From an uncultured Spirochaetota bacterium (GTDB taxonomy: Bacteria; Spirochaetota; Spirochaetia; SZUA-6; Fen-1364), in the NCBI GenBank assembly GCA_963820525.1, contig CAWGAA010000001.1:832001-896000 (forward strand): 64,000 nucleotides of DNA, written 5' to 3'. The notes beneath the pieces were generated by a model, which was given only the letters and a program-made list of their open reading frames with translations, was not told where the DNA came from and ran no database searches. Of the stretch, positions 19,337-30,080 are shown one piece after another; within the stretch, counting starts at the first letter, position 1; the number at the start of each line of letters is the position of its first letter. The position numbers and the translations under genes are program-made.

Positions 19337-22300
19337 TCACTCTCTCTGCCCGAGAGGCTCGGCGGCGGGCTTGCTTCGAGCTACCTTGCGCCGGCGCTTG
19401 GCACCGCCGTCCACGGCGCCCTGCTCCAGGGCGGCCAGACGCCCCTCCTCGGCAACCTGCCGTTCCAGCTTGCCCACGCGCGTGCGCTCGAAGAGAAAGA
19501 ACGCCGCCGGCACCACGAAGAACGTGAGCGCGGCTGAGAAGACAATCCCTCCCAGCATGACCACGCCCATCTTCTGTCCGAACTCGGAGCCCTGGCCGCG
19601 GCCGAAGATCAGCGGGAAGCTGATGACGAGGACCGTGAGGGTGGTCATGACGATGGGGCGGAAGCGAAGCCGCGCCGCGTCGATCAGCGCGTCCTTGAAG
19701 GGCATGCGCCCGATGCGTTCAACCACGAAGTCCAGGTACAGGATGGCGTTCTTTGCCGACAGCCCGATGAGCATCAGCATCCCCATGAAGCCGAAGATAT
19801 CCAGCCCTCCGCCGAGGATGAACACCAGCCACAGTGCGCCGATGAGGGCGAGCGGAACGGGAAGGAGGAGGTAGAGGGGGTACCGCCACGAGTTGAACTG
19901 GGCCGCCATGACGAGATAGGCGAGAAAGAGCGCAAGGAGGAAGACGAGCGGTCCGGTTTTTAAAAGCTGGCCGGCCAGGGCCGCCATTCCGAACTGGCTG
20001 GAGGCGAGGCCCACGCCGTTGCCCAGAAGCCCCTGCGCCGTGAGCTCCTTGGTGATCTCCTGCTGCATGGTGAGGGCCGGAGGCGCGTTGGGCTGAGTAT
20101 CTATCGTAAGCTCCCCCGTATAGAGGCGGTTGTAGCGACTGATGGTGACGGGAGCCTGAGTCAGGACGAAGCTGCCGAGCTGGCCGATCTGCAGGTTGGT
20201 CTGGAGCGTGGGGGAATAGATGGGCAGGTTGAGGAGCGCCTGTCCGCCATAGAGGTAGATGGGGTTGATCTGGACCTGGATGGGGTAGCTCAGGCCTCCG
20301 GCAATGACGTTTGACGCCTGGGTGCCCGTGGTGTAGGTCTGCAAGGCCTGGGCGATCATCCCGGGTGTGATCCCGGTGCCCTTCAGCCGGGCCGGATCGG
20401 GGACGAAGTCGTTCTCCAACGAGGTATCCGAAAGGCTCGAGTTGATATCCGCAACGTAGGGGTCGTTCTGCAAGGCCTGGATGATCTGGGCGTTGCGCTG
20501 GAGGAGGGTGTTGAGATCCGCCGAGGTGAGGTTGAGCTGCAGCGCCGAGCCGCCGCCCCGGAATCCGCCGCCGGCCGAAACCGAAAACCGCGCCGATGGC
20601 TGATCCCGCAGAATGCCCGTCATGGTCCTTCTATACGTGGGGATCAGGGCGAATATGTTCGGCCGCGTATTCACGGGACTGAGCTGGACCGTGAACCTGT
20701 CGAAGCTTCCGACGACGGTCTGCACGATGCTCACCTCGGGCCGTGAGAGCAGGAACGCCTCTATCTTGCCTGCCTCGTCGTTCATCACGTTGACGGGGGT
20801 TCCCGGGGGAAGGCGCAGGCCGATGTTCATCGAGCCCGCGTCCGTCTGCGGGACGAAATTGAACGGCAGGGCGGGAACGATGACGAACGCCGACAGCGCG
20901 AGGAACGCCCCGGCTCCCACCAGGACCCACAAGCCGTATTTGAGGACCTTGTTGAGGGAGCGGGCATAAATGTCGCGGACCCACTCCAGGCCGGCCTCGG
21001 TCCACCCATGAAGAAGGTTGGTAAGCGGCGAGAAGAACGAGAGCAGGATGCGGCCGAAGTAGAAGACCACGCCGAGCGTCAGCGGATAGAGGGGGACGAC
21101 GAGCAGGATGAAGGGGAATTTCCTGAAGTATGCAAGGGCCGCTACGGCAGCGAGCCCCAGGACAACCCACAGGCCATTCTTCCAGTTTTTCCATCCCCAG
21201 GCGAGGGCCTGCGGGACAGCGGCGATGCTGCGGGGCAGGTCCGCCCATGTCAGCTCCTTCATATCCGGCGTATAGGCAAGCCGCACCGTGAGGAAAAGCA
21301 CGGCCTCCAGCAGCGAGAAGGCGACGGCAGCGGCCAGTCCCAGGGAGAACTGCTGGAGGTAGCTTCCGATGAAGCCGCCCATGAAGCTTACGGGGAGGAG
21401 CACGGAGAGAAGCGACAGCGTTGCGGCCACGACTGCGCTGAAGACCTCACTGGCTCCCTTGAGAACCGATTCCTTGAGGCTGAAGCCCATTGCGCGGTAG
21501 CGCTCCACGTTCTCCGAAACGACGATCGAGTCGTCGACCACGATCCCGATGGCGATGATGATGGCCAGGAGGGAGACGAGGTTGAGGGAAAAGCCGGCGA
21601 GCTTGTAGAGCACGGGAGACGCCGAGAGGGCGATGGGGATGGCGAGGATCACCGAGAGGGCCGTGTTGAGCTTTCCCAGGAAGAGAAGCACGATGATGGC
21701 GACCACGAGGGCCGTCAGGAAGAGCTCGCGGTAGGTCGCATCCACCGAGGCCTGGATGGGGCCCGTCGTGTCGTTGCTGATCGTGATGGCATAGCCGGAG
21801 GGAAGCCTCGTTCTGCCAAGAAGGTTCCGCACGCCGGAGGCCACGGCGACGGCGTTGGAGTCCGTGGTGCGCAGGAGCGATACCAGGACGACCGGCTCTC
21901 CGTTGATCCGGGCGTAATCGCTTATAGCGGGCGACTCGCGAACCGTGCCAAGGTCTCTCACGCTGATGCCCTTTGAGGAGTCCACGAGGATCTGGGAGAT
22001 CTGGCCCAGGTCCGAGGGGACGTTCTGCGTGGCGAACTGCAGGGCGTTATTGTTCGTCACAATGGTTCCGATGGGCTGGTTCACCGCCGACGCCGTGATG
22101 GCGTTCACGACCATCTGGGGAGTGATATTGTAGTAGCGCAGCCTGTCGGGATTGAGCAGGACGTCGAACTCGCGGGTCGGGCTTCCATTCACCTGGATAT
22201 TGGCCACGCCGTCCACCCGCTCCAGGAGCGGGGTCAGGGTGTTCTGCACGTAGTCCGCCACGTCCGTGAGGCTGGCCCCCTGCCCGGAAATGCCGAACTG

Positions 22301-22762
22301 GATCACGGGCTGGGAGTTCGGGTCGAAGGTCGAAACGGTGGGGGTCTGGATCCCGGTGGGCAGATTGCGCACGGAGGCGCCGACGAGCGAAGAGACCTGG
22401 CTCATTGCCGCGTTCTTGTCCACGGATGGATCGAAGCTCATGAATACCCGGCTGAATCCGATCGAGCTATCGGAGTTCAGATCCACGATCCCGCTCAGGG
22501 TGGACACCACGTTCTCGATGACCTGCGTCACCTGCTGATCCACGACGCTGGGAGTGGCGCCGGGGAAAGAGGTATTCACGACGACTACGGGGATGGTCAC
22601 CGACGGCAGAAGGTCCACGCCCAGCCCGAAGAACGAGATGAGGCCGAAGGTCACGATGGCCAGGAAGATCCCGACGGCAAGGACGTAACGGGTCACCGAG
22701 AATTTAACGGCGGGGTTGATTCTGTTGAAGATTTTCGTCTCGAAGTCTCGAAGCGTATCCAT
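19337..22762 (-). CDS. RND efflux permease (AcrB/AcrD/AcrF family)
   Basis: GIVVDDSIVVSEN, AKNAIL and RFRPIVMT motifs; 1141 aa. Confidence 0.94.
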   Translation of the reverse strand: MDTLRDFETKIFNRINPAVKFSVTRYVLAVGIFLAIVTFGLISFFGLGVDLLPSVTIPVVVVNTSFPGATPSVVDQQVTQVIENVVSTLSGIVDLNSDSSIGFSRVFMSFDPSVDKNAAMSQVSSLVGASVRNLPTGIQTPTVSTFDPNSQPVIQFGISGQGASLTDVADYVQNTLTPLLERVDGVANIQVNGSPTREFDVLLNPDRLRYYNITPQMVVNAITASAVNQPIGTIVTNNNALQFATQNVPSDLGQISQILVDSSKGISVRDLGTVRESPAISDYARINGEPVVLVSLLRTTDSNAVAVASGVRNLLGRTRLPSGYAITISNDTTGPIQASVDATYRELFLTALVVAIIVLLFLGKLNTALSVILAIPIALSASPVLYKLAGFSLNLVSLLAIIIAIGIVVDDSIVVSENVERYRAMGFSLKESVLKGASEVFSAVVAATLSLLSVLLPVSFMGGFIGSYLQQFSLGLAAAVAFSLLEAVLFLTVRLAYTPDMKELTWADLPRSIAAVPQALAWGWKNWKNGLWVVLGLAAVAALAYFRKFPFILLVVPLYPLTLGVVFYFGRILLSFFSPLTNLLHGWTEAGLEWVRDIYARSLNKVLKYGLWVLVGAGAFLALSAFVIVPALPFNFVPQTDAGSMNIGLRLPPGTPVNVMNDEAGKIEAFLLSRPEVSIVQTVVGSFDRFTVQLSPVNTRPNIFALIPTYRRTMTGILRDQPSARFSVSAGGGFRGGGSALQLNLTSADLNTLLQRNAQIIQALQNDPYVADINSSLSDTSLENDFVPDPARLKGTGITPGMIAQALQTYTTGTQASNVIAGGLSYPIQVQINPIYLYGGQALLNLPIYSPTLQTNLQIGQLGSFVLTQAPVTISRYNRLYTGELTIDTQPNAPPALTMQQEITKELTAQGLLGNGVGLASSQFGMAALAGQLLKTGPLVFLLALFLAYLVMAAQFNSWRYPLYLLLPVPLALIGALWLVFILGGGLDIFGFMGMLMLIGLSAKNAILYLDFVVERIGRMPFKDALIDAARLRFRPIVMTTLTVLVISFPLIFGRGQGSEFGQKMGVVMLGGIVFSAALTFFVVPAAFFLFERTRVGKLERQVAEEGRLAALEQGAVDGGAKRRRKVARSKPAAEPLGQRE

Positions 22763-24135
22763 TACCTGCCTCCGGCCCCGCGCTGGCCCGATCCCTGTGC
22801 CTGCGGTGAGCCCGGCGGCTGCGAGCCCTGGGCTGCGGCGCCACCGACGGGCTGGACCGCCGATCCCGAAAGAAGCCCGGGCGGAGGGCTTACGATCACC
22901 TGTGTGCCCGCAGAAATCCCGGCCACGGCGGCCGTGATCCCCGTCTCCGCAATGACAGTGATGGGCTGTATGACGGCCTTGCCTCCCACGATTGTGAAAA
23001 CGTAATCCTGGTTCTCGTTGGTCTGGAGAGAGGAAACGGGAATCAGCGCCCCCCGGGCCAGGCCGAGGGAGTACGTCACCGTGCCGACGGCCCCGAAGGG
23101 AAAAGCGGAGCCGGCGGGGATTGTCGCCACCATGGGCACCACCCCGCCAATGGGCGCGGACGGCGCCTGGAGGATCCGAACGGGACTGTTCCTGCCCTCC
23201 AGGATGAACTGTACTACCATGCCCACCTTGAGGGCCGGAGCATCGGAGGGAGGAACATTGAAGTCGATCTGCCGATCCGCGCTCACCAGGACGAAGACGG
23301 GCGTGTTCGGGCTCACGTACGAGCCGGGGGTCACGTTGACAGCCGCTATCTGCCCCGCGAAGGGGGCCTTGATGGAGGCGTTCTGGAGGTTGAGCTCGGC
23401 CTGCGCGAGCTGATTGGAAGCCTGGTCCACCGCCAGCCTGAGTTGGGCGATGGATTGCGTGTCGGCCTGCTTGTTCTGCTCAAGGGCCGTCTTGGCGTTT
23501 TGCACGTTTGCCTGCGCCTGAGAGAGCTGGCTCTTGGCCGCATCGAGCGCAGAAGCGGAGACGCCGCCCTGGTCGAAGAGCGCCTTCTGGGAATTGTAGT
23601 TCTTCTGGGCGGAGTCAAGGGCCGCCTCGGCGGCTTGAAGCTGGGCTTGCAGGGTGGGAGTGGAGAGGCTCGTGTTCTGCTCTCCCACGGTCAGGTTTAT
23701 CTTTGCGTTCTGAAGGGCGAGCTGGGCGCTCTGCACGTTCAGCTTCAGCTGGGTGTCGTCGAGCTGAACGACAATTTGTCCCGCCTTGACCCAATCTCCC
23801 GCCATAAGAAGCGTGCGGGATACGATCCCACCCACCTGGGTGGCCACGGGGCTCTGTGTCACCGGCACGACGGAACCGGCCGTATCGTGCTGCGCGGAGA
23901 GCACGCCCTCATTGATGACCACGGCCTGGACAGGGATGGCACTGAACCTCCGTACGCCTTGATTCTGGCTTCCCGGCCCACGAGCCTGTCCTGCCGCGGG
24001 GAGCGTGCCCGATGCCTGTCCCTGACCCGGCGATGGGTCGGTGGCGGGTTTCCGCCCGCAGCCGATGAGCACGACGATCGCCACCGCGGCCCCCGCGATG
24101 AGAATCAATCTCAGTTTTTCAACCCTGATTTTCAT
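22762..24135 (-). CDS. RND periplasmic adaptor (membrane fusion protein)
   Basis: N-terminal signal or lipobox (LIGC), lipoyl-like GDWVKAGQ, coiled hairpin, IKAPFAG. Confidence 0.9.
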   Translation of the reverse strand: MKIRVEKLRLILIAGAAVAIVVLIGCGRKPATDPSPGQGQASGTLPAAGQARGPGSQNQGVRRFSAIPVQAVVINEGVLSAQHDTAGSVVPVTQSPVATQVGGIVSRTLLMAGDWVKAGQIVVQLDDTQLKLNVQSAQLALQNAKINLTVGEQNTSLSTPTLQAQLQAAEAALDSAQKNYNSQKALFDQGGVSASALDAAKSQLSQAQANVQNAKTALEQNKQADTQSIAQLRLAVDQASNQLAQAELNLQNASIKAPFAGQIAAVNVTPGSYVSPNTPVFVLVSADRQIDFNVPPSDAPALKVGMVVQFILEGRNSPVRILQAPSAPIGGVVPMVATIPAGSAFPFGAVGTVTYSLGLARGALIPVSSLQTNENQDYVFTIVGGKAVIQPITVIAETGITAAVAGISAGTQVIVSPPPGLLSGSAVQPVGGAAAQGSQPPGSPQAQGSGQRGAGGR

Positions 24136-24190
24136 AGGGGAATTATACGGAGAACCCGCGTTCCGGTGCCATTGATCCGCGATAAAAACA

Positions 24191-24209
24191 TGATAATTTT
24201 TTGTTATCA
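24191..24209. promoter_or_regulatory. Palindromic operator candidate upstream of the RND operon
   Basis: TGATAA-N7-TTATCA in an AT-rich intergenic patch. Confidence 0.45.
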
Positions 24210-24215
24210 GATGAC

Positions 24216-25001
24216 TCATGACGAAGCCCCCGAATAGTGCCTGACCCCGGCTCGCCAGAACAGGCGCGCGGAAGTGAAGAGGGCTGCAGCGAAAGCCCAG
24301 GCGCCAAGGAGGGCCTGCCACGAGAGCCGCCCGGCCAGCGCCTGTGCGGGAACGGTGGTCGCGAAAGCGATGGGGATCAGAAAGGTCAGGGCGAACCGCA
24401 GCCAACCCGGATAGATGCTCACGGGCCACCGGCCGGCGTCGTAGACGCTCTGAAAGATCACCAGGATGTTCTCCACCCGCACGAGCCAGAACGCGGTTGT
24501 CGCGAGAATGAGCCAGAAGCTGTAAACGATGAACGCGCCCGCAAGGAGCGCAAGGGCAAAGGCCGCGGCCTGCCAGAGCCCCACCTTCTCTCCCAGCCGG
24601 GCGAGCGCAACGCCAAGCACGGCGAAGCCGAGCGCGATGTCCATGGTTTTCCAGATCTCCACGCGCCAGACGCTGACCAGAAGCTGGGAATCCTCAGGCT
24701 TTGTGAGGGTGAAATCGAGGGACCCCTCGCGCACCGCCTCGGTGAGCTGCTCCATGCTGGGCTGGATCACAAGCCCAATCATGCCTCCTACAAGAAAATA
24801 CACGCCGACCAATGCCACAAGCTCGTCCGGGCCCCACCCGCCCAGGGTAGCAGTATGGGAGAAGATGATTGCAAGCCCCGCGAGCGCCGCTGCAAGCTCC
24901 AGCGCCGATTGCGCAAGATGGGCAAAGAAGTTGGCGCGGTAGGCTACCTCCGCCATCACGCCAACGCGGAAAAAAATCCAGAAAAGCCTCAAAAGCCTCA
25001 T
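24216..25001 (-). CDS. ABC-2 family permease
   Basis: MRLLRLFW start, YRANF, GSLDFTLTKP, GRWPVSIYPGWLR; ATGA overlap with the upstream permease. Confidence 0.88.
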   Translation of the reverse strand: MRLLRLFWIFFRVGVMAEVAYRANFFAHLAQSALELAAALAGLAIIFSHTATLGGWGPDELVALVGVYFLVGGMIGLVIQPSMEQLTEAVREGSLDFTLTKPEDSQLLVSVWRVEIWKTMDIALGFAVLGVALARLGEKVGLWQAAAFALALLAGAFIVYSFWLILATTAFWLVRVENILVIFQSVYDAGRWPVSIYPGWLRFALTFLIPIAFATTVPAQALAGRLSWQALLGAWAFAAALFTSARLFWRAGVRHYSGASS

Positions 25002-25802
25002 GCCCCGACCGCCGAATAATTGCGAACGCTTGCGCGCCAGACAAGCCTGAGAAGCGCGAAGCCGGCCAGGAGCCACGCACCCTGCGCCGCCAGCCCTGTC
25101 AACGCCTCGACCGGGGAGAGCCGCCCGAGGAGGAGCTCCACGGGAAAGCCGACGGTCCAGCGAAAGGGCAGAATCGCGGCTACCGTGCGGATGGGAAGGG
25201 GCATGAGGGCAAGCGGGGCGATCTGGCCGGAAAGGAAAAGGGAGGCGATGAAGTAAAGCTGGTTTATCGCATCCACCCTCGTGGTCCAAAACGCAGCCAG
25301 CGCCAGGGTCCACTCGACGAGGAAGCGTACCGAGGAACGCGAGGACAAGGGCGGGCAGAAAGAGGGCAGCCGCCCAGACGGTCGTGGCGAGGGTTGGGCG
25401 GAAGATCACGGCCAGAACGACCGCGGCGAAGAGCATGACCGGGAGGCTCACCATCTTCGACGAGATGTTATCGGCGATATCGGCGTGGATGGGGTGCACG
25501 GGCTTGAGAAGGGCAAAGGAGAACGAGCCCTGGCGGATGCGGTAATCGAACTCGTACATGATCCACGTGTAGGTGACCTGGTTGACGAGCATGAGCACGA
25601 TGTAGTAGGCGGCGAAATTGCCCGCCGTGAATCCTCCGACGCTCCCGCCGCCGGCAGCCGCGACCGTAGACCAAACCACAAGGTAGACAAGCGGCTCGAG
25701 AACCCTTCCGATGAGCCAGATGAAAAGCGAGGCTCGGTACTGCACCATCGAAGCGATGCTTGTCTTCAGTTGTTGAGCGTACAGCTCGAAGAACCCCCTC
25801 AT
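24998..25802 (-). pseudogene. ABC-2 family permease with a +1 frameshift near 25331 (real or sequencing error)
   Basis: N-half MRGFFELY...LAFL and C-half VRFLVEWTL...YSAVGA join if one G is removed from CTCGGTACGC. Confidence 0.82.
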
Positions 25803-26824
25803 GCCGGCCCTCCGGCAAAGACCTGCTCAATCACCTCCTCGATCGGGGGATCCTCCACGGTGAGGTCCGTCACGGGCAGGTCCGCAAGGAGCCTACCGGT
25901 GACGCGGGCCGTCTCCGCCTTGGGAACCCTCAGGGTCACGCGGCCGTCCTGCTCCGAGACCACCTCTCCATAGGATGCGAGATCAGCCGCCCGGTCGAGC
26001 TGAACCACGATGGTCTTGTGGGCGGTATAGCGCCGCACGAGGCTCGCCAGCTCGCCGTCGAAAAGCAGCCTGCCGCGGTGGATCACGATGACACGGCGGC
26101 AGAGCGCCTCGACGTCGGCCATGTAATGGCTGGTGAGAAGGACCGTGGCTCCCGTACGGCGGTTGTACTCCGCGATGAAGGAGCGGATGCGCCGCTGCAT
26201 CGTGACGTCGAGGCCGATGGTCGGCTCGTCGAGAAATACAACCTGTGGGCTATGAAGGAGGGCTGCCGCAATCTCGCACTTCATCCTCTCGCCCAGGGAG
26301 AGATTGCGAACGGGCTTGGCAAGGAGCTCGCCGAGCTCCAAAAGCGCTGTGAGCTCTTCGAGCGTGCGGCGGTAGTCGGCAAGCGGGATCCGGTAGATCG
26401 CCCTGTTGAGCTCGAACGAGTCGGATGCGGGGATGTCCCAGACCAGTTGATTGCGCTGTCCCATCACCAGCGTGATCTGCCGCAGAAAAGCCCTCTCCCT
26501 TTTCCACGGCGTATGGCCCAGCACGGAAAGGCCCCCCGAGGTGGGATGCAGGAGCCCTGAGAGCATCTTGAGCGTCGTCGTTTTTCCGGCGCCGTTGGGG
26601 CCCAGAAACCCGACGATCTCCCCGGGAGCGAGATCAAAGGAAATCCCATCGACGGCGTGGACATCCTGGGTCCGCCGGTGAAACACGCCGGCGAGGGCTG
26701 CGCGGATTCCAGCCTCGCGTAGGCTGACAACGTAGGTTTTCGCGAGATCCCGGACCTGGATGGCGGACAGCCCGGCTTCGTTCGAGCGCCTGACGTCTCC
26801 GTCCCTACCAGCCTCCCTTTCCAC
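25799..26824 (-). CDS. ABC transporter ATP-binding protein
   Basis: GPNGAGKTT, LSLGERMK, FLDEPT and TSHY motifs. Confidence 0.93.
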   Translation of the reverse strand: MEREAGRDGDVRRSNEAGLSAIQVRDLAKTYVVSLREAGIRAALAGVFHRRTQDVHAVDGISFDLAPGEIVGFLGPNGAGKTTTLKMLSGLLHPTSGGLSVLGHTPWKRERAFLRQITLVMGQRNQLVWDIPASDSFELNRAIYRIPLADYRRTLEELTALLELGELLAKPVRNLSLGERMKCEIAAALLHSPQVVFLDEPTIGLDVTMQRRIRSFIAEYNRRTGATVLLTSHYMADVEALCRRVIVIHRGRLLFDGELASLVRRYTAHKTIVVQLDRAADLASYGEVVSEQDGRVTLRVPKAETARVTGRLLADLPVTDLTVEDPPIEEVIEQVFAGGPA

Positions 26825-26993
26825 CACACTAGTATATGGCGGGACCGGCGGCCGGGCAAGGCAGCGCGAAAGCCGGCTGTCGCGGCCCAGACGAGCGCCC
26901 GGTCCACTTGGGGAGAAGTTAAGGAAATTTAACCCTTCCATAACCCGAACTGAACGCACCCCTTTGTACATTTCTACCCGGAGGTTGAAACAT

Positions 26994-28477
26994 ATGAGAA
27001 AACGAATGGTACTTATCGCGGTCATTGCGGCCGTGATCTTCGGAGCCGCAACGACAACCGCTCTCCTGGCGCGGGGCCGCGCGGAGCTGGCCGCCGCTCC
27101 CGTGGCCGACCAGGCGCCGGCCCCGCAGCTCGTGGCGGAGACGCAGTCGCTTCAATCGATGCAATCATCGTTCAGGGAGGTGGCCAAGAAGGTCCTTCCC
27201 GTCGTGGTTGAGATCAACGTCACCGCTGTGGTCAAGCAGCCGGCGGCGCCCAAGTTCCCCTTCAACTGGTTCTTCAACCAGCCCGGCCCCAACGGCCAGC
27301 CCAGGAGTTTCCGCGAGTCCGCCCTCGGCTCGGGGATCATCGTTCGGCACGCGGGAGACCGCTACTACGTGCTCACCAACAATCACGTGGTATCAAACGC
27401 CACAGAGGTGAGCGTCCGGCTCAACGACCAGAGGGTCTTCAAGGCGAGCGTGGTCGGAACCGATCCCCGGAAGGATATCGCCATGGTCTCCTTCGACAGC
27501 CGGGACACCATCCCGGTGGCGGATCTGGGCGACTCCGGCTCCCTGCAGGTTGGCGACATCGTCCTGGCAGTCGGCAACCCCTTCGGGTTCGAATCGACGC
27601 TCACCATGGGCATCGTGAGCGCGCTGGGCAGGCGCAGCACCCAGGGTGACGTATCAAGCTACACCGACTACATCCAGACCGACGCCGCGATCAACCAGGG
27701 CAACTCCGGCGGCGCGCTGGTCAACGTCCAGGGACAGGTTGTCGGGATCAACACCTGGATCGCCGCCCCCACGGGCGGGAACATCGGCCTCGGCTTCGCC
27801 ATCCCCATCAACAACGCCAGGACGGACATCGACTCCTTCCTTACGACGGGAAAGGTCACCTATGGATGGCTCGGAGTACAGATCGCCGACGTCCAGGATG
27901 CAAACACCTATCCCGGGTTCGCCCGAGACTTGAAGGTGGAGGGAGTGCCCGGAGCGATGGCGCTGAACGTCTACAAGGGATCCCCCGCGGACAAGGCGGG
28001 CATCCTTCCCGGGGACTACGTGACCCGGGTCGACACGACGAACATCCAGGGCAGCGACCAGCTCACGCAGGTGGTGGGCGGCCTTGCGGCCGGAAAGACC
28101 TACCCGTTCTCCATCATCCGCGGTGGAGCAAAAATGAACCTGCCCGTGACGATCGGGGTGCGGGACCCAATGATAACGTGGCCCAGTACAAGAACCTGTG
28201 GCCCGGGATGACCGTGGTGAATCTCACCGACCAGGTCCGCCAGGAAGCCAACATCCCCAAGGCCGTTCAGGGAGTCGTGGTTGGCTACCTTCCCGACCAG
28301 GACACTCCCGCATCAATCGCGGGATTCAAGGTGGGCGACGTGATTAGCGGCATAAACGGACAATCCGTCAGGAACGTGCTGGATTTCTACAAGGCCCTCA
28401 ACGACCGCTCGAAGAACCAGCTCTCCTTCCGCGTCGAACGGGAAGGGACCGAGATCGTGATCGGCATCACCCGGTAG
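26994..28477 (+). CDS. degP: Do/DegP-family serine endoprotease with two PDZ domains, frameshifted near 28167
   Basis: TNNHV, DIA and GNSGG catalytic triad; the second PDZ domain continues in another frame (PNDNVAQYKNLWPG) after GACCCAAT, which lacks one C. Confidence 0.88.
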
Positions 28478-28503
28478 AGAGCTTCCGCTTTCTACCGTTC
28501 ATG

Positions 28504-28542
28504 GACCGGCTGCGGGAGAAACCCCCGCGCCGGTCTTTTTTT
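28504..28542 (+). terminator. Rho-independent terminator after degP
   Basis: GACCGGC-T-GCGGG...CCCGC-GCCGGTC hairpin followed by T7. Confidence 0.8.
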
Positions 28543-28607
28543 GGTGAAAAGCGCTCAAGTCCCGCGCTGCATCGATACGATAGTACGAGTGAGAAAGGAG
28601 TCCCTCC

Positions 28608-29114
28608 ATGTCCAGCGTCCTGCCCCTTCGCAAACGCCCTCTCGACATCGTCATTCTCCTCTATTTCCTGTTCAACCTGGTTTTCATCAGCTACTTCTTC
28701 GACCTGGAACAGGTCGTCATCCCCGATGCATCGAACTTCAGCTACCCGGTCTGGCCTCCGAGGTTCATCGTGGACCTCTCCCACTGGTGGGGACGAACCG
28801 TCGACCCCCTTCTCTTCGCGCGGCCGGTATGGTGGCGCGCGACGATCTGGATTGACGTTCTTCTGTTCGGCCCGTACTATGTGCTGGCTATCTATGCTTT
28901 CACCAAGGGGAGGAACTGGATCCGGGTCCCCAGCCTCGTTTATGCCTCCGTGATGCTCACCAATGTGACCATCATCCTGAGCGAGGAAATCTGGGGTCCC
29001 CACGCGACGAGCAATCTCCCGGCGGTGGTCGGAGCGAACGCCTCATGGGTGATTATTCCCCTTGCCGTCATTTGGAGGATGCGAAAAGAGCCTTTCCCGC
29101 GCACCATGGAATGA
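28608..29114 (+). CDS. EXPERA / emopamil-binding (TMEM97/EBP-like) membrane protein
   Basis: Four TM helices; DPLLFARPVWW...IDVLLFGPYY...WIRVPSLVYA pattern; AAGGAG RBS. Confidence 0.75.
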   Translation: MSSVLPLRKRPLDIVILLYFLFNLVFISYFFDLEQVVIPDASNFSYPVWPPRFIVDLSHWWGRTVDPLLFARPVWWRATIWIDVLLFGPYYVLAIYAFTKGRNWIRVPSLVYASVMLTNVTIILSEEIWGPHATSNLPAVVGANASWVIIPLAVIWRMRKEPFPRTME

Positions 29115-29127
29115 GGAGGAAAAGAGC

Positions 29128-30018
29128 ATGAGCCGGAGCACCACGCGGGCGCGCTCCTTCATCTCCTGCACAGCGGTCTATATCATAGCGGCAGCCGCCG
29201 CCTGCCTGTTCGCCGCCAGGCTCGACCTGCCCACTCCCATCTTCAAGGCCGCGGCCGCCGACATTGCGGCGACAGTGCTCGTCTTCGCAGGAAGCCTGCT
29301 GTTCAACAACTCCAGCATCTATGACCCGTACTGGAGCGCGGCTCCGGTTCCCATTGCCATTTTCTGGGCGATGAACGGCTCCGCGGACGGAAACCCGGCA
29401 AGCCTGCGCGCGATTCTCGTGATGATCCTCTTGTGCGTATGGGCGATCCGGCTCACCGCCAATTGGGCGCGCCGCTGGCTCGGTCTGGGGCACGAGGACT
29501 GGCGCTACAGCGACTTCAGACGTTTCGGGGCCCCGGCCTATTGGATCGTCAGCTTCCTCGGGTTTCACTTCTTTCCGACCGTGCTCGTATTCCTGGGGTG
29601 CCTTTCCCTCTACCCCGTGCTCGCCGCCCCCCTCCTCCATTTCCGCCTTCTGGACCTCGCGGCCGCGGCGATCACGGTTCTGGCCATCTGGATCGAGGCC
29701 CGCTCTGACCGGGAGCTTCGCGAATTCCTGAAAACCAGCCATGAGCCTCGGGAGATATTGCAGAGGGGACTGTGGGCATGGTCCAGGCACCCGAACTATT
29801 TCGGCGAAGTTCTCTTCTGGTGGGGGCTCTATCTCTTCGCTCTCGCGGCGAACCCCGCCTTCTGGTGGGCCGCAGTGGGTCCCCTTTCGATTACATTGCT
29901 CTTCATGCTGGTGAGCGTACCGATGATGGAGAGGCACATGTCCGCCGGCCACCTTGGATATGCCGAACGTCAGAGATCGCGCTCCCCGTTGGTTCCCTGG
30001 TTCCATCGCAACACGTGA
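29128..30018 (+). CDS. DUF1295 (steroid 5-alpha-reductase-like) membrane protein
   Basis: NSSIYDPYWS, EDWRY and GLWAWSRHPNYFGE motifs. Confidence 0.88.
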   Translation: MSRSTTRARSFISCTAVYIIAAAAACLFAARLDLPTPIFKAAAADIAATVLVFAGSLLFNNSSIYDPYWSAAPVPIAIFWAMNGSADGNPASLRAILVMILLCVWAIRLTANWARRWLGLGHEDWRYSDFRRFGAPAYWIVSFLGFHFFPTVLVFLGCLSLYPVLAAPLLHFRLLDLAAAAITVLAIWIEARSDRELREFLKTSHEPREILQRGLWAWSRHPNYFGEVLFWWGLYLFALAANPAFWWAAVGPLSITLLFMLVSVPMMERHMSAGHLGYAERQRSRSPLVPWFHRNT

Positions 30019-30052
30019 GCACGCGGAAAACTGGGAAGCCTCAAAAAATGAC

Positions 30053-30080
30053 TTGACTTCATCCGCGGCTGGAGTACAAT
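30053..30080 (+). promoter_or_regulatory. Putative sigma70 promoter
   Basis: TTGACT-16 nt-TACAAT upstream of the HD gene. Confidence 0.5.

Noticed and set aside
24216..25802. 528-aa double ABC-2 permease fusion in the ORF track
   Set aside because: Produced by the +1 frameshift near 25331; the middle section is out-of-frame sequence.
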